DNA of 64,000 nt, from the NCBI GenBank assembly GCA_963977105.1, contig CAXBNI010000002.1:44675-108674 (forward strand). Reading direction: 5' to 3'. The DNA is from an uncultured Micavibrio sp. GTDB lineage: Bacteria; Pseudomonadota; Alphaproteobacteria; Micavibrionales; Micavibrionaceae. Positions 10,308-18,630 of the stretch are shown one piece after another; position 1 is the stretch's first letter; each line of letters begins with the position of its first letter. The notes below the pieces were generated by a model, which worked only from the letters and a program-made list of their open reading frames with translations, ran no database searches and was not told the origin of the DNA. Made by a program: the position numbers and the translations under genes.

Positions 10308-10367
10308 GCCCCTTTTAAGACAACAAATGACGATAAAGCGCACAGCACAACAAAAAGATATTTGAAT

Positions 10368-11642
10368 ATGAAACTCTATATCCCAGAAACAATAAAAACA
10401 TATGGCTTAATCGCCGTGATTATTATTTGCTCTTTTTGGTTTGCAACGCGCTTTATTGAACCCACTCCGCCCAAAGAATTTACCATCGCAGCAGGCGCAG
10501 TGGATGGTGATTATTACCGTTATGCCAAGCTCTATCAAAAAAAACTCGCGGCGCAGGGCATGACACTGCATATTTTACAAACCGCAGGCTCATTTGAAAA
10601 CGTCAGGCTATTAGAAGAAGGCCAAGCTGATCTTGCTTTCATCCAAAGCGGCCTAGCAAGTGAGGAAAATGCGCAATCTATTGAAGCTCTGAGTGGCTTA
10701 TATTTTGAACCTATCTGGGTTTTCATGCGCAATGACGTGTCTAGTGGCAAAGACTTACAGAGGCTCAAAAACGCAAAAATTGCAATTGGCGCAGCGGGCA
10801 GCGGTACCAATGAAACAGCACGACAGCTTTTAGAATTAAACAACATGATGGAAAGCACCACCTTGTTTGAGCTCTCTGGTCAAGCTGCCGTAGATGACCT
10901 GAAAGCTGGCAATGTTCAAGCCGCTATATTTGTCGCCAAGCCCAGCGCCGTCATCATTCAAAATTTAATGCATGATACAACGCTGCATTTACTCTCGTTC
11001 AGCCGTGCAAATGGTTATACAAGTACCTACCCGTTCTTATCAAAAGTGACGCTTAGTGAAGGCGTGATTGATATGGCTGAGAACATTCCTGCGCACGATG
11101 TAACCTTACTTAGCCCCATCGCGCAGCTTACCGCCCATAAGGACTTTCATAGTGCGCTGAAAACATTACTGGTCAGCACCAGCATGTCCATCCATAAAGA
11201 TGCGACATTACTATCAGCCAAAGGCCGCTTCCCGACGCTCGATTTTATTGATATGCCCGTTGCAAGCGAAGCGAAACGCTATTTTAAATATGGCCCGAAC
11301 TTCTTGCAGCGCTTCTTACCGTTCTGGCTTGCCGATATGATTAGCCGTATGGTTGTTATGCTTATCCCTCTACTCGGCGTCATGTTGCCGTTAATCAAAA
11401 TGGCTTCGCCAACCTATCGCTGGCGCACACGCTCTAAAATCTACAAATGGTACAAAAGCCTAAAAAGAATGGAAGACACTGCGATTACTGGTGATACAGA
11501 TATTAGCGAAGCTCTGTCCGCACTGTCCAAAATTGACAATGAAGTCAAAAAGACCATTGTCCCATTATCATACGCTGACGAGCTGTATAATCTGCGCCTC
11601 CACATTCAAATGATTAAAGATCATTTAGAGCGCCTGAAATAA
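10368..11642 (+). CDS. TAXI-family (TRAP-associated) solute-binding protein with a C-terminal membrane anchor
   Basis: The ORF track starts at TTG 10362; ATG at 10368 is preferred. AAGAVDGDYYRYAKLY...LQTAGSFENVRLLEEGQADLAFIQSG matches the TAXI/NMT1-like signature. There is an N-terminal TM, a C-terminal TM (MISRMVVMLIPLLGVMLPLI) and a charged tail. Confidence 0.75.
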   Translation: MKLYIPETIKTYGLIAVIIICSFWFATRFIEPTPPKEFTIAAGAVDGDYYRYAKLYQKKLAAQGMTLHILQTAGSFENVRLLEEGQADLAFIQSGLASEENAQSIEALSGLYFEPIWVFMRNDVSSGKDLQRLKNAKIAIGAAGSGTNETARQLLELNNMMESTTLFELSGQAAVDDLKAGNVQAAIFVAKPSAVIIQNLMHDTTLHLLSFSRANGYTSTYPFLSKVTLSEGVIDMAENIPAHDVTLLSPIAQLTAHKDFHSALKTLLVSTSMSIHKDATLLSAKGRFPTLDFIDMPVASEAKRYFKYGPNFLQRFLPFWLADMISRMVVMLIPLLGVMLPLIKMASPTYRWRTRSKIYKWYKSLKRMEDTAITGDTDISEALSALSKIDNEVKKTIVPLSYADELYNLRLHIQMIKDHLERLK

Positions 11643-12220
11643 TGGCCTTAAAGCACAGCACCTATCATGACGAAAACGTCGTCGGCCTTAACATGGAAAA
11701 TGCAAGTCTCACGCATAGAGAGTTTTCAGGCTGCGTGTTTCAGGACTGCGATTTTACAGGCGCAAACTTCGCCGACACGCGCTTTATTGACTGTTTTTTT
11801 CAACGTTGCAACTTATCAAACATCAATGTTGAAAACGCGAACATGCAGGATGTGACCTTTGAGGAGAGCAAGTTAGCTGGGATTATTTTTTCGGCGCTAA
11901 ATACTTTTTTGATCGACGTAGCATTTGAAAACTGCAAGATAATCGCCTGTGACTTTACAGACCTTAATCTGAGGAACACAAAATTTACAGCCTGCACAGT
12001 TCATGAAACGGACTTCGTCAATACTAGCCTTGCCGGTGCAAGCTTCGCCAAAGCAGACCTCCAAGGCACGAATTTCAGAAATGTGAATTTAGAAAATTGT
12101 AACTTCGCCGCCGCAACGCGTTACTATATTGACCCGACGCAAAACAGAATGAAACGCGCAAAATTCTCAGTGCCTGAAGTACTCAGCCTCTTATCTGTGT
12201 TTCAAATTGAGATTGATTAG
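11642..12220 (+). CDS. pentapeptide-repeat protein
   Basis: 192 aa of tandem A(D/N)LxX-type pentapeptides (ANFADTRFIDCFFQRCNLSNINVENANMQDVTF...). Its ATG overlaps the TAXI stop codon (TAATG). Confidence 0.85.
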   Translation: MALKHSTYHDENVVGLNMENASLTHREFSGCVFQDCDFTGANFADTRFIDCFFQRCNLSNINVENANMQDVTFEESKLAGIIFSALNTFLIDVAFENCKIIACDFTDLNLRNTKFTACTVHETDFVNTSLAGASFAKADLQGTNFRNVNLENCNFAAATRYYIDPTQNRMKRAKFSVPEVLSLLSVFQIEID

Positions 12221-12228
12221 GCGCAGGG

Positions 12229-12516
12229 CTATGTAATCAGGCATTTTTGCAAGGCATCTCTGTTACGCAGCTTCTTTTGTGCTCCGCCATCTTCTTGCAA
12301 ATAGACTTCACCGGATTCATTGATCGTGATCGTACAGCCATTAGGCAGCACCACCGCATGATCATTAAAGCCTTCTTTAATTGTCGTCACTTTACCTTCA
12401 GTTTTTGCCTTAGCCGGATTGTGGCGGCGTATACCGCCGATACCACCTTCGCCGCCCCACATGACATCATGGCAAAGCTGCGTTTCAATGCGGTGATTAT
12501 AATCTAAGATCTGCAT
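12229..12516 (-). CDS. small paralog 1 of 4 (ILDYN / LPNGC family, unknown function)
   Basis: 95 aa. MQILDYN at the N terminus and a C-terminal module GFNDHAVVLPNGCTITINESGEVYLQE...KKLRNRD. RBS AAGGA lies in the 13-nt spacer. Confidence 0.75.
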   Translation of the reverse strand: MQILDYNHRIETQLCHDVMWGGEGGIGGIRRHNPAKAKTEGKVTTIKEGFNDHAVVLPNGCTITINESGEVYLQEDGGAQKKLRNRDALQKCLIT

Positions 12517-12529
12517 AGCTATAGCGTCC

Positions 12530-12835
12530 TTATTTTACTAATAATTTTTGTAGGCTGTCTTTATTGCGGATTTTTTTGGCCTGACCGCCATCTTCACGCA
12601 TATAAACTTCACCGCTTTCCTTGACTTCGATGACGCAGCCATTGGGCAATTTCAAGCTATGGGTGTTGAAGCCATCTTTACATGTCGTTTCATTGCCTGA
12701 TGTTTGCACCTTGCTCTGTGGCGGTGATGAACGGCCGCGTGTACCACCAGAGTAATGGGTACAAACCCCATCATCAATCATAATTTCATGACAATGTCGC
12801 GCTGTTATGTTTTGGTTATAATCTAATATCTTCAT
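12530..12835 (-). CDS. small paralog 2 of 4 (ILDYN / LPNGC family)
   Basis: 101 aa. MKILDYN..., GFNTHSLKLPNGCVIEVKESGEVYMRE...KKIRNKD. A 13-nt spacer separates it from the next gene. Confidence 0.75.
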   Translation of the reverse strand: MKILDYNQNITARHCHEIMIDDGVCTHYSGGTRGRSSPPQSKVQTSGNETTCKDGFNTHSLKLPNGCVIEVKESGEVYMREDGGQAKKIRNKDSLQKLLVK

Positions 12836-12848
12836 TCTTAATTCCCTG

Positions 12849-13112
12849 CTAATTCACTAAATGCTGTTGAATCTTGTCCGCGTTACGCAGTTTTTTAAAC
12901 GGAGCATCTTTTTCTGCTATATGCACTTCACCATTTTCATTCATGCGCACTGTGCAGCCGTTTGGCAAGGTTACAGCATATGTATTAAACCCGTCTCTCA
13001 ATGACGTTTGCGCATCCTGCTTCTTCCCTACGCACGCCCCATCACAACGCTGCCGGCGACGCTTCTGACAATGCATCGTTTCTACAAAAGTATTATAATC
13101 TAAAATATGCAT
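12849..13112 (-). CDS. small paralog 3 of 4 (ILDYN / LPNGC family)
   Basis: 87 aa. MHILDYN..., GFNTYAVTLPNGCTVRMNENGEVHIAE...KKLRNAD. The central region is basic and Cys-rich. Confidence 0.75.
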   Translation of the reverse strand: MHILDYNTFVETMHCQKRRRQRCDGACVGKKQDAQTSLRDGFNTYAVTLPNGCTVRMNENGEVHIAEKDAPFKKLRNADKIQQHLVN

Positions 13113-13125
13113 AATCGACCTTGCC

Positions 13126-13494
13126 CTATTTCACCAATAAACACTGTACGCTGTCTTTATTGCGTAACTTTTTAGGCGCGGCGTTAGCTTCTTGCAAAAA
13201 GACCTCACCGTTTTCCTGCACATTTATAACGCAGCCATTAGGCAGCTCTATACTATGCGTATTAAAGCCTGCTTTTAAGCTTGTCTTCTCCGCGCCGCTT
13301 TGCACGAGTTTCTTCTTAGCTTCGACCTGTTGTATACGAGCTTTCACATTGTCCACATTGCCAGCGCAGCCTACGCGTTCACCATGCCCTGCGCCCAAAG
13401 CGCTTGAAATATTGATTCTATCCTGTTCATAATCACCAGGCATCATCTGCACCATCGCCGTGTTTATTTTCTCGTTATAATCGAGTATATGCAT
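13126..13494 (-). CDS. small paralog 4 of 4 (ILDYN / LPNGC family), first gene of the array
   Basis: 122 aa. MHILDYN..., GFNTHSIELPNGCVINVQENGEVFLQE...KKLRNKD. It has the longest central insert (~51 aa). Confidence 0.75.
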   Translation of the reverse strand: MHILDYNEKINTAMVQMMPGDYEQDRINISSALGAGHGERVGCAGNVDNVKARIQQVEAKKKLVQSGAEKTSLKAGFNTHSIELPNGCVINVQENGEVFLQEANAAPKKLRNKDSVQCLLVK

Positions 13495-13615
13495 GGCTCG
13501 TCCCCTTATTATTTATTTTCCGTATTAATGATTAAAGCACGGCGTGCATTATGTCAATAAATTTGTTGTTTTCTTGACCAATCAAACCGTCACAACCACA
13601 GATAAGAGTTTTTAC

Positions 13616-13644
13616 TTGAAATTATATCGTGCGCTATGTATACA
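13616..13644 (+). promoter_or_regulatory. candidate sigma70-type promoter for ndk
   Basis: TTGAAA-N17-TATACA, 43 nt upstream of the ndk ATG. The -10 lies within the 10-bp palindrome ATGTATACAT. Confidence 0.3.
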
Positions 13645-13686
13645 TCGCGCATAACATATTCACCCAATTAATGAGAGTGCACAATC

Positions 13687-14109
13687 ATGACTTTAGAAAG
13701 AACGTTTTCAATCATCAAGCCTGACGCAACAAAGCGTAACCTTACAGGTGCAATTAACAAAGTATTCGAAGATAGCGGTCTTCGCATTGTGGCACAGCGC
13801 CGCATTAAAATGTCAGAAGCACAAGCGCAAAAATTCTATGGCGAACACGCTGAGCGTCCATTTTTTGGTGAATTAGTTGAATTCATGACATCTGAGCCTG
13901 TTGTTGTTCAAGTCCTTGAAGGCGACGACGCAGTATCTAAGCACCGCGACGTTATGGGCGCAACGAACCCAGAAGACGCAGCAGACGGCACAGTACGTAA
14001 GCTTTTCGCACTTTCAATCGGTGAAAACTCTGTCCACGGTTCAGATTCACTTGAAAGCGCAAACCTAGAAATCGCACAGTTCTTCGCAGCTGATGAGATT
14101 GTTGGCTAA
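13687..14109 (+). CDS. ndk: nucleoside diphosphate kinase
   Basis: 140 aa with [11 protein letters not shown] and the NSVHGSDS active-site His motif. Confidence 0.95.
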   Translation: MTLERTFSIIKPDATKRNLTGAINKVFEDSGLRIVAQRRIKMSEAQAQKFYGEHAERPFFGELVEFMTSEPVVVQVLEGDDAVSKHRDVMGATNPEDAADGTVRKLFALSIGENSVHGSDSLESANLEIAQFFAADEIVG

Positions 14110-14131
14110 TTTATAGCCGTTAAAGATACGA

Positions 14132-14167
14132 AAAACCTGCATCAGCTTTACACCATGCAGGTTTTTT
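14132..14167. terminator. bidirectional rho-independent terminator between ndk and the convergent operon
   Basis: AAAACCTGCAT / ATGCAGGTTTT stem flanked by an A-run and a T-run. Confidence 0.7.
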
Positions 14168-14174
14168 ATTGTTT

Positions 14175-14738
14175 TTATTTCAGCTCAATACCCTGCTTAT
14201 CATAAACTTGCTTAATACCAAGCAAGCTCTTTTTTAGCTCTGCATTGTTCATATTATCTCTAAAATACACTAAGCTTACCACCTCACCTGCGCCATCCTG
14301 AGCAAAACAAGAATCCAATCGAGACTTCACGGCGTCACCAGATGATTCATAAATATCAACAAACTTCTGCGCTGTGCGTGATAAGTAATTAATATGCGGG
14401 TATAGGAATGAATTTACAGCGCGTTCACCGTCCACGTCTTCACCATATTCATTGCGCCACTCAGGCCCAAAATCCTTTGCAATAACTTTCGCAAGATCAT
14501 AAAAGCTCTGAATGTCATGCCGGCCCTCTAAAGCATTAGCTAAAGGAACGATCTCAGGCTGCAACGTTAAGGTCATACGTGTAAAACGAGACGTATATTC
14601 TCTATTCTCATTTAGTGCGCCCTCAAAACTTTGCTTGTCATCTGCATTCATTATCGTATGTGCAAATGTGTTACAAAGCTTTTGGCAATGAAACTTTGCG
14701 TAGCGCGCATAAGCACGAAATGTTGTTTTTAAAGACAT
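14175..14738 (-). CDS. hypothetical protein
   Basis: The ORF track extends to 14864 and would overlap the upstream methyltransferase. The internal ATG at 14738 is preceded by GGAGGG and is preferred. No homolog recognised. Confidence 0.55.
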   Translation of the reverse strand: MSLKTTFRAYARYAKFHCQKLCNTFAHTIMNADDKQSFEGALNENREYTSRFTRMTLTLQPEIVPLANALEGRHDIQSFYDLAKVIAKDFGPEWRNEYGEDVDGERAVNSFLYPHINYLSRTAQKFVDIYESSGDAVKSRLDSCFAQDGAGEVVSLVYFRDNMNNAELKKSLLGIKQVYDKQGIELK

Positions 14739-14809
14739 TGAACCCTCCATAAGCTTGAAGAGACAATAACAGAGCGTGAGAGTTATGTCAAATAATATGG
14801 GGTGAGGGC

Positions 14810-15562
14810 TTACTTCGCCTTCTGCAAAACCCAAATATTCTCGCAAGGAAAATGCTGCGCCCAATCAAGCGGTGCGAAATCAAAGCTGCTCATCGCATCT
14901 TCAGGCGGTTGCAATTCAATTAAATCAATGATGCTAAACCCTGCATCACGGAAAAGCCGTACCCACTCGCCATAGCTATACTGAAAATAGACAAGCTTAT
15001 CTTCAACGAAGCGGTTAAGGTCAAAATAGCTTTTGCACAGCGCCTTGCCGACGCTCGCCGCCTTGTCATCATAACAAATTTCATGCAAAGGGGATTGAAT
15101 GTTAAAGACAAACAGGCCGTTTTTCTTTAACACGCGGTGGACTTCGGATAGCGTCGGCGCAGTGGGCGCATAGGTCATTGCGCCGTGATCACAAAACACC
15201 ATATCAAAGCTGCGTTTTTTCGCGGGGATTTTATCTGCGCTCGCATGGAGCAACGGGAAATCATGCCCCGCCTCAGCCATTAAACGCTCTGCATGTTCTA
15301 ACTGCTTTTCAGAATTATCCAGTGCAGTAGGGTAACCGCCCATTTCAGCAATCGCAATGCTTAATTGAGCCGCACCGCTGCCAAGTTCTAACACCTGCTG
15401 ACCGCGCACATCGCCTAATGCGCCAATATCGCGCTCTGGCAAAGACCATACGCCCCAGACAAAATCCTTGCGATTAAGCTGCTGCGCATGTTTTCCCTGA
15501 TATTCATCAGAAAAATTGTCCCAGAATTTACGATTTGTTGCCGCGTCTTTAGATAATTTCAT
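14810..15562 (-). CDS. class I SAM-dependent methyltransferase
   Basis: 250 aa with motif I VLELGSGAAQLS and a following acidic residue pattern. Confidence 0.85.
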   Translation of the reverse strand: MKLSKDAATNRKFWDNFSDEYQGKHAQQLNRKDFVWGVWSLPERDIGALGDVRGQQVLELGSGAAQLSIAIAEMGGYPTALDNSEKQLEHAERLMAEAGHDFPLLHASADKIPAKKRSFDMVFCDHGAMTYAPTAPTLSEVHRVLKKNGLFVFNIQSPLHEICYDDKAASVGKALCKSYFDLNRFVEDKLVYFQYSYGEWVRLFRDAGFSIIDLIELQPPEDAMSSFDFAPLDWAQHFPCENIWVLQKAK

Positions 15563-15592
15563 CTCTCGTTACGCGGCAACTCAGCCGCGCCC

Positions 15593-16987
15593 CTATATGT
15601 GTAATGGACGGCCATCAACGGCAAGCGCCGCTTCTTTAACCGCTTCTTCCAATGTTGGGTGTGCGTGACATGTCCGTGCAATGTCTTCGGCTGATCCGCC
15701 AAATTCCATTGCGATAACAATTTCAGATATTAATGTCCCTGCTTCTGGGCCAATAATATGTGCGCCAAGCACGCGGTCAGTATCTTTATGTGCCAATATT
15801 TTAACAAAGCCATCTGTGCAGTTCATCGCGCGCGCGCGGCCATTTGCCATGAACGGGAATTTACCTGCTTTATATGGAATGCCCTCTTCCTTAAGCTGCT
15901 CTTCGGTTTTACCCACGGCTGCGATTTCAGGGTGTGTATAGACAACGCCAGGGATTAAGTTGTAATCAATATGCGGCTTTTGCCCATCAAGCATTTCAGC
16001 CAAGATAACGCCTTCATCTTCTGCTTTATGCGCAAGCATTGGCCCTGCGATTACATCGCCAATCGCATAAATGCCTTTAACGCTGCTTTGGAAATGGCCA
16101 TCAACTTCAATGCGGCCGCGATCATCGGTTTTTACGCCGACGCTATCAAGGCCGAGGCTCTCTGTATAAGCTTTACGGCCAACACTCATTAAGACGATAT
16201 CAGCTTTGACTTGTTCGGCTTTACCGCCTGCGGCTGGTTCAATAGAAAGCGTCACGCCATCTTTGCCTTTTTTGGCTTCTGTCACCTTGCTTGAAAGACG
16301 GAATGTCATGCCTTGCTTTTTGAACAGCTTCAATGCTTCTTTGCGCACTTCGTTGTCCATGCCCGGTAAAATACCATCCAAAAACTCAACAACTTCAACT
16401 TCCGCGCCAAGACGGCGCCATACGGCGCCCAGCTCTAGGCCGATTACGCCGCCGCCAATAACAACCATTTTCTTTGGCACTTTATCTAGTTCAAGTGCGC
16501 CTGTTGAAGACACGATTTGTTTTTCATCAATTTCAATGCCCGGCAGGCTAATCACATCAGAACCTGTCGCAATAACAATATGTTTTGCCTTATACGCTTC
16601 GCCGCCAACGTCGACGCTATTCGCCGCAGTGATTTTACCTGCGCCTTTTAGCCATGTGACTTTGTTCTTTTTAAACAAAAATTCGATGCCTTTAGTATTG
16701 TCGCTAACGACATTATCTTTAAAGTTCATCATCTTTTGTAGGTTCAGCTTGACGTTGCCCGTAGTGATGCCCATTTCTTCATATTCATGCTTTGTTGCTT
16801 CAAGCTTTTCAGAAGCCGCGAGTAGCGCTTTAGAAGGAATACAGCCAATATTAAGACATGTGCCGCCCAATGTATCGCGTTTTTCAACGCATGCGACCTT
16901 CATACCTAATTGTGCTGCGCGAATTGCGCAAACATAGCCACCTGGGCCTGATCCTATGATGATGACATCAAACTCTTTATCAGCCAT
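15593..16987 (-). CDS. lpdA: dihydrolipoyl dehydrogenase (E3)
   Basis: 464 aa with IIGSGPGGY (FAD binding) and the GGTCLNIGCIPSK redox-active disulfide. No E1 or E2 genes are adjacent. Confidence 0.95.
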   Translation of the reverse strand: MADKEFDVIIIGSGPGGYVCAIRAAQLGMKVACVEKRDTLGGTCLNIGCIPSKALLAASEKLEATKHEYEEMGITTGNVKLNLQKMMNFKDNVVSDNTKGIEFLFKKNKVTWLKGAGKITAANSVDVGGEAYKAKHIVIATGSDVISLPGIEIDEKQIVSSTGALELDKVPKKMVVIGGGVIGLELGAVWRRLGAEVEVVEFLDGILPGMDNEVRKEALKLFKKQGMTFRLSSKVTEAKKGKDGVTLSIEPAAGGKAEQVKADIVLMSVGRKAYTESLGLDSVGVKTDDRGRIEVDGHFQSSVKGIYAIGDVIAGPMLAHKAEDEGVILAEMLDGQKPHIDYNLIPGVVYTHPEIAAVGKTEEQLKEEGIPYKAGKFPFMANGRARAMNCTDGFVKILAHKDTDRVLGAHIIGPEAGTLISEIVIAMEFGGSAEDIARTCHAHPTLEEAVKEAALAVDGRPLHI

Positions 16988-17121
16988 TTTTTATCCTTCT
17001 GATTCTGTTGCATTAAAATTTCTATAATATATGTAGCGCCTTTGCAGGGTGAAGACGAGTTTTATTTAAAAAATGCCCCCCTATTTCCAAGAGGCTTTCA
17101 TTTACTATGAAAATAAACATA

Positions 17122-17150
17122 TTGACGTAATTGCATATATTTGCTTATAT
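17122..17150 (+). promoter_or_regulatory. candidate sigma70-type promoter
   Basis: TTGACG-N17-TTATAT, 31 nt upstream of ATG 17181. It lies inside the longer ORF-track prediction, which supports the 17181 start. Confidence 0.4.
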
Positions 17151-17180
17151 GCATCATCTCAAATAAGAACAGGGGACGGC

Positions 17181-18431
17181 ATGAGCAAGGTCATACAGAC
17201 ACTAACGGCAATAGCTGGGAATAAATCTGGTTCTCCTTTACTGGACGCCTTTGAGCGCGAGAATTTAATCGCCTACCCCATCGACCCAACAATTGAGCCT
17301 GAAATAAAAATGCTGTGGTCAACACGCATTAAAACAACAAAAAATCAGCTCAAGAAAATTTTCAACTGTTATTCAAACGCGACGACACATGACAAGTCAC
17401 AAGACCACTTCGTCTACATACCGCTTACGATTGAAGCCAATAATTACGATTTAACCAGCTTTGCGGTTGATACTTTCAAACGCAACCCAAAAACAGGCGG
17501 CCCCATCCCAACGATGGAGCTCACCAAGACTGGCTACCAGGCACGCCTGCGTATGGCAATTTCATTAGCATCCCGCGAACAGCAGCTTTTGGAGCAAATC
17601 AAAAATTACAACAGCCCAGACCAACTCTCGAAACATCCGATACAAAAACTCAGCCCCGCCACCTGCTTTGGCCCGCCAGAATTTAGTATCAAAACATTAT
17701 GGTCTGATGATGATTCTGTATTCAGGAATGAGTATGAAGCCAAGGTTGGCTATGCGCCCGATGTACTCGGTATTTATTTAACGCAGATGAAAAAAGACCT
17801 ACCAGAAGAGCTTTATAAGCAGCTTAAAGACATCCGTAAGGATAAAGAGGTCTCTCTGGGGGTTACTGCCGTCTGCATGACACGCCGCTTAGCGTATTTT
17901 ATTGCCCATTACGTGCATGAACATGATGCTTATGTGCTTTATGAATGCACATTAGACAGAAACAAATTTTGTTCACCCAACAACACCTATATACGCGGAC
18001 AGGATTTAGAACAAGAATTTGAAGCTATTTGCGTATTACCATCACGCATTGATGCACATTTATCGCCAGAACAACAAACAGAGGTGCTGGCTAAGTCTTT
18101 AGAAAACTTTGAAAGCCATGTCACTGAAAACATTCAAGGCTTAAAGCGCAGCCCCGGCAGCAAAATGGAGCGTGCGACAAGCGCAGTTGAGCAATATTAC
18201 AAACGCAACCGTAGCCGTTTGCCTGAGTATTTCAAAAATGCTGCTGAGCGTAAGGACGTGGCACAGTTTGATGGTAAATACGCCATCATGGAGCAAGTCT
18301 CGCCGCACGAAGCCATGGCTTATATCGGCAGTGGTTACGAAAAACTCGCGAAGCTATTTGTTGAAGATCACGACGACAAAGAACAATTTGTTGATAAGAA
18401 TCTTTTTTCTTCTCAAGCAAAGCCTAAATAA
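17181..18431 (+). CDS. hypothetical protein, paralog A of a two-member family
   Basis: The ORF track starts at 17073; ATG 17181 is preceded by AGGGGA and is preferred (416 aa). Shares CMTRR..F..HYV.EH.AYV.YECT.D.N.F and GSKMERA motifs with 18631..19884. Confidence 0.7.
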   Translation: MSKVIQTLTAIAGNKSGSPLLDAFERENLIAYPIDPTIEPEIKMLWSTRIKTTKNQLKKIFNCYSNATTHDKSQDHFVYIPLTIEANNYDLTSFAVDTFKRNPKTGGPIPTMELTKTGYQARLRMAISLASREQQLLEQIKNYNSPDQLSKHPIQKLSPATCFGPPEFSIKTLWSDDDSVFRNEYEAKVGYAPDVLGIYLTQMKKDLPEELYKQLKDIRKDKEVSLGVTAVCMTRRLAYFIAHYVHEHDAYVLYECTLDRNKFCSPNNTYIRGQDLEQEFEAICVLPSRIDAHLSPEQQTEVLAKSLENFESHVTENIQGLKRSPGSKMERATSAVEQYYKRNRSRLPEYFKNAAERKDVAQFDGKYAIMEQVSPHEAMAYIGSGYEKLAKLFVEDHDDKEQFVDKNLFSSQAKPK

Positions 18432-18547
18432 CACAAAAAAACCTGTTATTTTTGGAGGGCATATGAAAAACAGGGGTCTTGTAAGCTATTGAACTAACAC
18501 TAAAGGCAAAAAAAAGCAGCTCGAGTTTAGTTTTCATAATATAATTC

Positions 18548-18576
18548 TTGACTTGGCAATAGAATCTGTATATCAA
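18548..18576 (+). promoter_or_regulatory. candidate sigma70-type promoter
   Basis: TTGACT-N17-TATCAA, 55 nt upstream of ATG 18631. Confidence 0.4.
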
Positions 18577-18630
18577 TAGTTAGTAATATATTTCGTCGGC
18601 ACCACAATTTAAATATTTGGTAGGGAAAAT

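Noticed and set aside
12229-13494. The four-gene small-paralog array as a RiPP precursor cluster or a diversity-generating retroelement target
   Set aside because: The variable part is central rather than a C-terminal core peptide. No maturation enzymes, transporter or reverse transcriptase are nearby, and no template-repeat-like duplicate of the variable region was seen. The array is still reported as a finding, under other hypotheses.
16206-16937. 243-aa plus-strand ORF inside lpdA
   Set aside because: It is antisense to an unambiguous dihydrolipoyl dehydrogenase, and its S/P-rich low-complexity translation looks non-coding.
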